Below, one piece after another: positions 12,006-23,057 of a stretch of 64,000 nucleotides of DNA. This DNA is from Daphnia carinata (taxonomy: Eukaryota): positions 248,001-312,000 of the forward strand of contig NC_081333.1 of the NCBI RefSeq assembly GCF_022539665.2. The letters are read 5' to 3'. Below the pieces are notes generated by a model. The model did no database searches, had not been told where the DNA came from, and saw nothing but the letters and a program-made list of their open reading frames with translations. The position numbers and the translations under genes were made by a program. Position 1 is the stretch's first letter, and every line of letters starts with the position of its first letter.

Positions 12006-12380
12006 GAACGGGTACACTTATTGCTGTTTCAGCTCTCATTCTATTGTGTTCAAACCTTTTAAATTGATACTAGTCACATCATAAAAGCAAAAACTCAGTT
12101 ATCCTGTGACATTTTTCGTTGGTCTTCATTCATATAAACGTAATTTTTATTTGAAAAAAATAAATAAATTAATATCCGTTTTTGTACGGAATAATTCAAA
12201 ATGCCCCACCTTTCCTTTGCTGGAAACAGCTGTCATTGTCCCCCAGTGTATACAGACTTAAGATGTTCAATACGTTTGCCGTACGTTGTCTTGTAGATAT
12301 ACAATGGAAGCTGATTTTGCAGTGCGTGTGGCATCCAATCGCACAAGTCTATAGATATTCCATGCTTATAAACTGGATTG

Positions 12381-14600
12381 AAACCCCACCAAAAATAACC
12401 GGCGTTGAACGCTGATTCAGAGTATAACATTAGTTTTTCGATTAGTGGTGCAGTTTCTGAATAAAACGCAATTAAAGCGAATTTTGTTTGTTTACCGTCG
12501 CCGGCGCCATCTATTAGCGGAAGTATGATCAAAATAAGCTTCGATGCTGGAAATGTCAATCAAACTAGGATAACTAAAAAAACTATAAGTCGCACGTTAA
12601 AACTATATCGATTTCCATGATGCTCATTGAATTCTCAATCCAAACCATGTATTTAAAAGCATTTCTAAATTTTTGCCACAACTGAAAAAGTAGGAAGGCT
12701 ATAGCCTTCTCACCTTTGTTAAAATCAACAAAACAAAAAGTCTCACGGAATTGGATGAAACCCCACCAAAAATAACCGACGTTGAACGCTGATTCAGAAT
12801 ATAACATTAGTTTTTCGATTGGTGGTGCGGTTTCTGAATAAAACGCAATTAAAGTGATTTTTGTTTGTTTACCGTCGCCGGCGCCATCTATTAGCGGAAG
12901 AATGATCAAAATAAGCTTCGATGCTGGAAATGTCAATCAAACTAGGATAACTAAAAAACTATAAGTCGCACGTTAAAACTATATCGATTTCCATGATCCT
13001 CATTGAATTCTCAATCTAAACCATGTATTTAAAAGCATTTCTAAATTTTTGCCACAACTGAAAAAGTAGGAAGGCTATAGCCTTCTCACCTTTGTTAAAA
13101 TCAACAAAACAAAAAGTCTCACGGAATTGGATGAAACCCCACCAAAAATAACCGACGTTGAACGCTGATTCAGAATATAACATTAGTTTTTCGATTGGTG
13201 GTGCGGTTTCTGAATAAAACGCAATTAAAGTGATTTTTGTTTGTTTACCGTCGCCGGCGCCATCTATTAGCGGAAGAATGATCAAAATAAGCTTCGATGC
13301 TGGAAATGTCAATCAAACTAGGATAACTAAAAAACTATAAGTCGCACGTTAAAACTATATCGATTTCCATGATCCTCATTGAATTCTCAATCTAAACCAT
13401 GTATTTAAAAGCATTTCTAAATTTTTGCCAAAACTGAAAAAGTAGGAAGGCTATAGCCTTCTCACTTTTGTTAAAATCAGCAAAACATAAAATCTCATGA
13501 AATTAGATAAAACCCCACCAAAAATAACCGGCGTTTAACGCTGATTCCGAATATAGCATTAGTTTTTCGATTAATGGTGTAGTTTCTGAATAAAACGCAA
13601 TTAAAGTGAATTTTGTTTGTTTACCGTCGCCGGCGCCATCTATTAGCGGAAGTATGATCAAAATAAGCTTCGATGCTGGAAATGTCAATCAAACTAGGAT
13701 AACTAAAAAAACTATAAGTCGCACGTTAAAACTATATCGATTTCCATGATGCTCATTGAATTCTCAATCCAAACCATGTATTTAAAAGCATTTCTAAATT
13801 TTTGCCACAACTGAAAAAGTAGGAAGGCTATAGCCTTCTCACCTTTGTTAAAATCAACAAAACAAAAAGTCTCACGGAATTGGATGAAACCCCACCAAAA
13901 ATAACCGACGTTGAACGCTGATTCAGAATATAACATTAGTTTTTCGATTGGTGGTGCGGTTTCTGAATAAAACGCAATTAAAGTGATTTTTGTTTGTTTA
14001 CCGTCGCCGGCGCCATCTATTAGCGGAAGAATGATCAAAATAAGCTTCGATGCTGGAAATGTCAATCAAACTAGGATAACTAAAAAACTATAAGTCGCAC
14101 GTTAAAACTATATCGATTTCCATGATCCTCATTGAATTCTCAATCTAAACCATGTATTTAAAAGCATTTCTAAATTTTTGCCAAAACTGAAAAAGTAGGA
14201 AGGCTATAGCCTTCTCACTTTTGTTAAAATCAGCAAAACATAAAATCTCATGAAATTAGATAAAACCCCACCAAAAATAACCGGCGTTTAACGCTGATTC
14301 CGAATATAGCATTAGTTTTTCGATTAATGGTGTAGTTTCTGAATAAAACGCAATTAAAGCGAATTTTGTTTGTTTACCGTCGCCGGCGCCATCTATTAGC
14401 GGAAGTATGATCAAAATAAGCTTCGATGCTGGAAATGTCAATCAAACTAGGATAACTAAAAAACTATAAGTCGCACGTTAAAACTATATCGATTTCCATG
14501 ATCCTCATTGAATTCTCAATCTAAACCATGTATTTAAAAGCATTTCTAATTTTTTGCCAAAACTGAAAAAGTAGGAAGGCTATATAGCCTTCTCACTTTT
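12381..14600. repeat. Tandem array of ~376-377-bp units (~5.9 copies)
   Basis: AAACCCCACCAAAAATAACC recurs at about 12381, 12758, 13134, 13510, 13887 and 14263; the track shows six near-identical MTFPASK ORFs. Confidence 0.97.
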
Positions 14601-14713
14601 TCATTTTTGGCTTAATTTTAAATTTCGCTTAAAACACATTATTTAGATTCAGAATTGAATGCTTATCACGGAAATCAAATTTATTTTCCAATGGGACTCA
14701 TGGTTTTTTAATT

Positions 14714-15143
14714 AAACGAAAAAAATAAAAAAGTCGGGCTAATTTTTTTAGTCGGGCTTATTTTAGTCGGGCTTAAAAAAAATTTCTGAAAAAACTAAAA
14801 CTCATCGGAATTGGTTGAATAGCACAGGATATAAACAAAATTGAATACTGATTCCGAGGAAATTGCTATTTTTTTCATTAAGTCAATATTTTCTTAAATA
14901 CATTGACTATTTGACGCGATGCTAGCGCGCCAGTACGGTATAGCGCTAGCGCTATGCAGCTGAAATAGTCGGTGTATTTCCAATATGGTTGACGTTATGA
15001 AAAAAATAGTAATTTTCTCGGAATCAGCATTCAGTTTTAAGTATACCCTGTTATATTTAACCAATTTCAATGAATCTTAGGTTTTACACAAAAAATTTTT
15101 AAGCCCGACCAAATAAGCCCGACTTTTCTTATTTTGTCGTTTT
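14714..15143. mobile_element. ~430-bp foldback/MITE-like imperfect palindrome
   Basis: Arms AAAAGTCGGGCT.../...AGCCCGACTTTT pair along about 200 bp, centred on GCTAGCGC (14921-14928) and GCGCTAGC (14943-14950). Confidence 0.8.
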
Positions 15144-15434
15144 TTTACTGTTCTCTTTATTGTTACTATAAAACAATAGTAATGTGCACACAGCAACAAG
15201 ACAGCCTCATTTTTAACGTATTTTTTTTTTATTTTTATTTTAAACCCGTGTAATAAAATTAACATGTATGGATATGGGTTGGCTACATGTTATGGAAATG
15301 TTGTGTAAATATGAATAAAAACAAATGGGATGCGAGTAAATATCTCGATGATTAGATGGTTAACTGCGGTTCCATCAAGCGAGATGATTGTAGAAGATGG
15401 TGTTGGATCATACAGCTGCCTGCTACGCAAGCCT

Positions 15435-15752
15435 GCTGTCAAAGAGTTCGAGGAGGAACAGGTATAGTTCCAGCGCAATAGTTTTATGTGTAACAGCTTA
15501 CTGATGATTAACTGTAATAAATAAAAGGTATTTCGTCGGGTCCATACTGGTACTCTTGATCGGGACGCGTGGGTCTTTTGGCAAAACCCTGTTGTTTCCA
15601 TCCGGTATGTTTACAGGTCGACTTCCATAATCGTACGGACGTCTTAATTGTGTAAAATCATTACCGCATTAATGGCGCAGCTTTAACCAATTTCCTTTGA
15701 ACTTGTCAAAGATAAGTTACGTAAGATTATTATGTTTGAATACTGATTTTAT
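15435..15752. repeat. Dispersed ~320-bp repeat, copy 2
   Basis: Matches 7767-8096, with small indels that break the minus-strand frame. Confidence 0.9.
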
Positions 15753-16500
15753 AAACGCGCTTGTAAAACGTAGCGTCGACGACGTGGCTCCGTTCAATGT
15801 CCAAAACGACCAACGCCTGAAAGGCCACCAACAAAACCATCGCTCGCCACTAGTATTTTAGATAAAAGAGGAACGCAGTTACTTGAAAATGTAAAAAACA
15901 GCGAAGCTGCACAAATCAAGCATCTCGTTGGTCAATGAGCATTTGACTATTCTTACCTTAAACTCTGAAATATTACAAACCATAATCGGAGCACTCCCAA
16001 GATTGATATGCCAGGCGAAGAGGGCTTACTGCTGACCCGGACATCCATAGGCTGATTTTTATAAGAAACTTCTACATGCGTAGGAAGTCGAAAGCAGTAC
16101 AGATCTAAACAAGGAAAAATCGTAATCAAGGAAACCATTGAAATATTGACATCATGCAAGAAATTGCAACAAATAAATTTTCAGATAATTCAAATCATTC
16201 AGATGGCGGAAACTGCCAAATAAAACTGTGTGCGGTTGGGACACCTGTATGATTTCACATCACCGGATACGATGTCGTAGCGTACCCTGTTGCTTCAACA
16301 TTTACGTGCATTTGTGCAGCAAAAAATCCTTTTGCCAGTTTTACTAGCCACCATTGCTACTGCCACGAATTCATAAGCTGAACGCTGATCCTCAATTGTT
16401 CCTCGTTCCATGTGATTACACTGAAGGCAACAATGACAAAGACTATACATTTCTGCATTGGGAAGATGTAAATAAATCATATTCAGTACGATAGTTTAAG

Positions 16501-17130
16501 GTAGTGAACGGGAAGAGATATGGATCGAATACGGCTGTGAAGAGAAAGAAGAGCTGGAAACTAAAAAAGCTGAAGAACTAGAGAAGATGACTCAAGCCCA
16601 AAGAATCAAATGGAATGAAGATATGGCTGAACAATTGCGCCAACTTGAACTTAAAAAGAAAGCACAGAAAGAAGAAGAACTTAACGAACGTTTATGGGTA
16701 AACATACTCGCGATTCTCTAATACCTAGCAAAATGGGCTTGATACCATTCGAATTTTTCTGATAGATGCTGGAGCAAGCCGCGCTGGAGGAAAACGCCGA
16801 ACGAGAGGTCGCTGAACGAAGGCACAAGGATCTAACGCAATTGCAGAAAGAGCAGGCGGCCTTACTCGAAGAGCGACGTCAGCTGAAGAAACTGGAATTC
16901 GCTGAAAAGAAGGAAGAACGACGCATGGAAGAATTGCGTCAACAGGCCGAGGACGAAGCAAAATCGCAGAGGAAAGAAGAAGAATCTTGGAGCAGCACGC
17001 TCCGCTTTTGATTGGTTTCTTGCCACCTGGTCTGTTCCGGAACATGGCAGAGATGACTTCGCTACCCGAAAACATTCAGGCCCAGTTCCGCCGGCACGTT
17101 CCGATTCAAGACGATCCAGATTTATGGTAA
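16501..17130 (+). pseudogene. MNS1: MNS1-like coiled-coil 3' fragment with a 1-bp frameshift
   Basis: E/K/R-rich exons at 16501-16697 and from 16766. Adding one A at about 16960-16963 gives KIAEERRRILEQHAPLLIGFLPPGLF, resembling the MNS1 C-terminal EEER..LL.EHA..LLGYLPKG motif. No 5' exons recognised. Confidence 0.6.
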
Positions 17131-18221
17131 AATGGCAACTATTCTGCTTTACCTTCCAGAAAATACCAATGTCTATGTGATAGTTTCTCGGTTTTCACAG
17201 TTCCACTCACCATTTGCCTCAGTTAAAAGGTTGTCTTAGTATATTTTGAATTTATTTACTTATCTTCGCATAGTTTTAGTCTTTGTATATCGTCTTCATG
17301 CAGGTTTGTTGGTCCTGATATGTTTCCATAGTCCAATAAACCTACAGTACTTTTACTGGTGTGGTAAAGTTAATTTTTTTATTTGCCAGACAAACATCGT
17401 ACAATGCATGTCTGTTTGTATTCAGTTGTTTTGTGTTTGGTACGTCGAATATTTTATAACAAATCGTCCAATGCTTTCACATATGTGAAGGATTTGAATT
17501 GATACGATATTTGTATGCTGTACAGTACAATAAACTAAAACATCAGTCAATCATTGTAATTAATTTTGGTTATTTTCTAAAGTAGCTTTAGAGTAGTCAC
17601 TCATAAAGGAAAAAGGCTACTAGTATAAAAACTTATTATTAGAAAAAAATTATTATTAGAACCTACCTTGCGCGTTCAACCATATATCACAATATTCACA
17701 ACTGTTATAAAAGCCAATTTAATTTTATTAACTATTTAGTTTAACCTTTGTGGTAAAAAAAAATACTTTTAAAATGTTAGCAGTGGTAGCAGACGGTGTG
17801 TACAAGCCTCAGCAGACGATGTTTATCAAAATAAGAAATTTTAAAAGTAGGGTAGCACCGTTGCCAGATTGCAAGAAACGGGACGCGCATGCGTGAAGTT
17901 GCAATTGAAACAAGATCTCAGGTATCTCAGGTAACCTCAATCCCAGCCCTATTAGGGATGCGTTAAATGATCTTTTCTGTTTTTGCTTTTCAGAAAAGTT
18001 GCTTAAACATGATTGAACAACATTTCTAAAAATTGGAACATTAATAATCCCTGTTGATTTTGCAGCAAAAAAATGATATGAAAATAGATTTTATGTCGAA
18101 AACCCACGATTGGACATGCGATTGGACGAGGTATTCGTCCGATTACATAAAGCTGCAATAATAATAAAATATATAATATTTCTGATTTGCCTCTTGTCGA
18201 ATTTAATTACAAGTATCCAAG

Positions 18222-19214
18222 ATGGGAAAGAACAGAATTAATCATACAGTTCCTAGCACTGAAAGAACTATACGGACTCAAATACCTGAACAGAGTACCA
18301 AAAACGCGCCTAAAACCCAACCCGCAAGAGAGGAGCCTGTTTTACCCGAGGTAAGCAGCGAAAACATAATTTACGTAGCAGAAGCACTATGTTTCTGTCT
18401 TACCTACTTTGTGGCTCCAGCAGTTCGCCGATTCTTGTGCCAAAAAGGTCTCCTTTCACCTACTGCTGTTGATTACGACTATACTGAAATAATGCGGACA
18501 CTAAGCAAGTACAACGACATCGACCGGAATTTTCTTGCCATCAGTCTCTCCTCTCCAGAACTCGTCACCGCCACCTGGGCGAGAAACGAGGTTTTCCATA
18601 TAAATTTCCGGTTATTAAAAAAAACTTGGTCACGTAATTTCCTAATTTGGATAGAAGTGTGCCGAAGCGTTGGTGACGGACGCAGTGCCACGGACGTAGA
18701 AACCGTTTACAAGCGCCTCATGAGCGGTCAATATCGATACGCCGTCGATGACAAGCCATTTTTCTTGGCTAGGGGCATCAATCAAAATGCAGCCTTCGGT
18801 CTAAGTGTCGTTCTATATAGCTGCCTAGTAAGACATGTTGCTCCAGCGCTTCGCAACTTTCTGGTATATACCAAGCACCAGGCAACGTCTACCGACCTTG
18901 ATGTCTTCGCCAATTTGAAGTACATAATCCAACAGCAGAGAAATAATCAACATTATCTCCCAACACGTGCTTCTCCAAGGTCTAAAGCGCTACTGCTGAT
19001 GGATGCTATGGATGCTCGGAATTTCACTTGCCATGGGAATTTCACGGAAGTTTTCTGGAATTGGAAAATGCTGCTAGAGTCCTGGATAGATCTATTGGAC
19101 GACATCAAAGAAAACGCCGCAGCGAACAAAATTCGAGATGTCAGGAAGGTCATCGCAGATTCACTGGAATTTGGTAATGAGATTCGTACAAGTACGATAC
19201 TCTACCGAATGTAA
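18222..19214 (+). CDS. Protein with two tandem Swt1-like HEPN domains (putative RNase), 330 aa
   Basis: Internal duplication (CL..xVAPAxRxFL ... D ... ARNxxxHxNF....W......WI....). Motifs RNEVFH (aa 121-126) and RNFTCH (aa 266-271). Confidence 0.75.
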   Translation: MGKNRINHTVPSTERTIRTQIPEQSTKNAPKTQPAREEPVLPEVSSENIIYVAEALCFCLTYFVAPAVRRFLCQKGLLSPTAVDYDYTEIMRTLSKYNDIDRNFLAISLSSPELVTATWARNEVFHINFRLLKKTWSRNFLIWIEVCRSVGDGRSATDVETVYKRLMSGQYRYAVDDKPFFLARGINQNAAFGLSVVLYSCLVRHVAPALRNFLVYTKHQATSTDLDVFANLKYIIQQQRNNQHYLPTRASPRSKALLLMDAMDARNFTCHGNFTEVFWNWKMLLESWIDLLDDIKENAAANKIRDVRKVIADSLEFGNEIRTSTILYRM

Positions 19215-19239
19215 GGTGAGATTTTTAACTAATCAAAAA

Positions 19240-19356
19240 CATCTGTTAGCGGAAATATGATCCAAATAAGCTTTGATCCTGTAAAAGTCGATCAAACTAA
19301 GATAACTAATAAACTATAAGTCGCAAATAAAACCAATATTGTTTTTCATGATCCTC
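19240..19356. repeat. Diverged partial copy of the 376-bp unit
   Basis: CATCTGTTAGCGGAAATATGATCCAAATAAGCTTTGAT...AAACTATAAGTCGCA aligns to the satellite unit. Confidence 0.75.
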
Positions 19357-20074
19357 TCACTTAAGTTACCATCAAACACGTCGGGGAAAATCAGCAAAAC
19401 TGACATGCGTCACGGCTCATTTTAGAAAAAAACCACATAAAAGCATGAAAAGTACAAAAGTACATCGCAGATAAGAGAATCAATGCCAGATCAAAAAGAT
19501 CAGACGCACACGTGGAATTGAACAAGGATAACACTCAAGCGCAACACTGTTAGTGGGTGCGTGAATTTTCAAAAATACCCTGGACTGACAAGAAAGTCTT
19601 TATTGGGAAATATTTTTGTACCATATTGTTCGAAGGGTTCTAATCTAGTTTTCATAAACACTTACCAATCCATTTGTTTTTTCTTTCCTTGTTGACTAGT
19701 TGATTGCGGCAGACATAGAAATAAGAAAATTAACTAATCCGCACACCCACAGAGCATTAACATGCAGATATAGAATCCATTAGTAAGCCGATGCTTTATG
19801 TTAACTTACTGTCAACAAAGTTACACCTGTAAACCACATCCTTATACCAAATAGATAAGTTGGACAATGTCAATTATAGATAACTTATAGCCAACTGATT
19901 AGCAGCTTTGAACTAAAGTTCAGAAACTATCCATAACAAAATAGTTTACTTATTTCAACACGAATCAATCGATCAACTGACCTCACGCAGTTAACACGTT
20001 TTTTTAGGGACAAGCTTGAACCACGCCCTAGGCGGATGTTTGTGTTGTGCCCAAGTGTTCGTCTTCTATTCTCA

Positions 20075-22335
20075 ATGTCAAATTTTAGTTGGGTAATGTA
20101 ATTCTGTGCCGAAAGTAGCATTCAACTTTAAACGTACCGTTTTTATATATCAGGTGTTGCTGTTGGGTTTATGGAGTTCCAGTTACGCCCAGCAGTCCAG
20201 ATGTTTCAACCAGGGTGCACCCATTTACGATCCTTGCCAATGCGAAGGAACTGGAGAAGGAAATCTGAACATCACCTGCTTAGGTGTGAGCAACGAAATA
20301 ATTAAAGACATTTTCCTGAATTCGATAGCACCTGAAATCAACCGGTTCGCTTTGGTGCCATCGGCCGGGCAATTCAATCGACTTGACATCGATGCGAACC
20401 TCTTGTCCGATAAACGGGCAAGAGTTATCCAAATTGGAAGCTGTCCAGAAGGTGACGCAAAACCATTGCATATCGATCCGGATGCATTCCGTTCGTCCAG
20501 CGATTACGCCCAGAAATTCGCCATTATCGATTGTGATATCAACGAAGTGAACTGGAGTTTCCTCAGCGACTTTCGTGATCTAAATGACATCCTGTTGGGC
20601 AGTGTGGATGGCATACAATCCATTAATTCTCTCCCCACTTTGAATAATATAAAAAAATTGTCTTTTACCGAATCTACGGGTTTCTCCCATCCTTTGCTCG
20701 TCTTTCCTGCCAAATCTTTGGTGTCGTTAGCGACGCTCGTCCTGGATGGAAACAGGGACCTCAGTAATGATGTTATTGGTACCTTCATGTCAGCAATAGC
20801 CTCCAACGCCGTCCAACTGGAAAGTTTCACGCTTATTAATTCACCATTAATAAGTCAAGTACCTCTGAATATCGGAGATGTTTTGACGTTGAAGTCGATC
20901 AATTTATCGTCCAATTCCATCGCATCCGTCGGCTCGGATGCCTTTTTCTTTTCGAGCGATCTATCTGTTCGTTTAATCGACCTGTCAAACAATTTAATTG
21001 CGACTGTTTCACCCGATGCCTTCAGTCAAGGTCTTTATCTTTCTTGTGTATCTCATTTTGTTTTTTATGTGTCACGTAATAACGTCATCTATCTTTCAGG
21101 AGACTATGGTGATGCCGTCATTCGACTTGATAACAATCTACTTAGCAAATTTGAATGGAACGTTTTCCTGGAGGTTCTTGATGAAATGAACCGCTCTGAC
21201 GGTTCCGGAGTAGTTTCCATCGCCAATAACCGTAAGCATTTCATTAACCTAATTAATACAACAAGAAAAATTATATTGAAAAAAAAAAATTATTACATGT
21301 TGATATATATAAAAAAAAAAGAAATCATCTGTCGCATCGGGTGTGATTTGGCCTGGCTCATCCGTGACAACCCAAATTTGTTGCAGTGGGTGTTTGGTGG
21401 CACTTGTGTAGACGGAACTGCATTCGAAGATATCGATCCTGGCAACTTCGATTCCACCTGTGCTGTTATCACTCCTAGTCCGGAGACGACGTCCACCACA
21501 GAAATTCCAACGACAACGACAACACCAACGACAACGACAACACCAACGACAACGACAACACCAACTACAACTACAACACCAACTACAACTACAACACCAA
21601 CTACAACTACAACACCAACTACAACTACAACACCAACTACAACTACAACACCAACTACAACTACAACACCAACTACAACTACAACACCAACTACAACGAC
21701 AACACCAACTACAACGACAACACCAACTACAACGATAACACCAACTACAACGACAACACCAACTACAACTACAACACCAACTACAACGTCAACGACTGTT
21801 ACCTCAACGACGACTCAAAGCACTTCGACAACGACGACCCCATCGGTGTCAACGACGATTCAGCCTAATAACAACGAGGATTTACAGCTCTTGTTGTTGT
21901 ATATCATTGCGGGTTTTGTCGGTGCCAGTCTCCTAATTCTGATTTTCAGCTGCATTTACATGATCATCTTGAGGACGAAGCGCAAGTAAGTCATCCGTTG
22001 TTTCCGTTGATTGCAGCTGCTAATAATAATTCATTTAATGAACGTCACAAATGCAGGAACAGGCGGAAGTCTTCCATATCCGAGGTTCTCGGCAACTCGT
22101 CTAATGTACGCGGAGCACCTACCCTCCCCGCCAGGTAAGCATTTCAAGGTAGTCGATCCCTGCGTCAACTGTAAATAACTTAAAAATTTTATGTTATTCC
22201 GGCAGCCAACCGGCCCCAGGATTGTCTCGAACCAACGCCATTATTGTTCAAGGACCAGGTGGCAAATGGTACAAATCAAATGGTGGTGCAAACCAAATCG
22301 CTGGGCCAGCCAACAATCCAGTTAAAAGCAAATAA
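20075..22335 (+). CDS. Type I membrane leucine-rich-repeat protein with Thr-rich mucin stalk (Oplophorus luciferase non-catalytic subunit-like LRR family)
   Basis: Signal peptide, PCxC N-cap, LxxLxLxxNxI repeats, CDLAWLIRDN C-cap, (PTTTTT)n, hydrophobic TM segment and short tail; 6 exons. Confidence 0.85.
21505..21790 (+). repeat. 18-bp coding minisatellite encoding PTTTTT
   Basis: Repeated ACACCAAC(T/G)ACAAC(T/G)ACA, about 15 copies. Confidence 0.95.
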
Positions 22336-23057
22336 CAAAACCTTAATTGGATGAAAGCTATGTGCAACAGGGCAAGCATTAGACAAGTTTTGACTTATTC
22401 CTAATTTTAATCACTGGTATGTTAGCCTCCTAACAATATGCTAGACTATTGCATTCGGGTGTAAACAATTTATCGAAAAAATAATTCAATGAAATAGGAC
22501 AAGACTTTTGCTCTTTGTGTGAATCGACTGGAAGCCAATGTGACCCGTACATACCAACTGATAAGGCACACATTTTCAAGCGCCTACTGTTTGACGTCGG
22601 CGAAAATAATCAGTTGTTTACGTATTGGCACAATGGAATCCAGCCCACTTTCCAATCAACATCTTTTTATCTTTGACGACCTTGTTTACTATGTTCACAG
22701 TTCCTAACTTGACACTTTGCTTACAATGATTGGAAGAAAAATGCCATTTTTGAAAATAAAAAAGATAAAATCAATTTGATTTTGATTTTATATAGAAAAG
22801 GTTTCTGTATTCCAAAATTCATTTTTACTCCGCGAAAGGTAAAAAAAAATCAATTTCAATAACCTGCAATTTTTTCAACCACGTATATCGAACAGGGTTT
22901 CCATGCAGATATACGAGTTAAACTGAAACTGTCCAAAAATGATAAAAAAAACATTCTACAAACTACGAATGAGAAAACAAAAGGCGACATTTGACGCTTA
23001 TTACCAACAACACGACTCATTTTGAGATTCTTACGGATAAAAAACAAAAAATACTTA

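Noticed and set aside
12233..14441. Six MTFPASK ORFs as a gene family or CRISPR-like array
   Set aside because: They are TTG-start by-products of the satellite with variable stops. There are no unique spacers and no cas genes.
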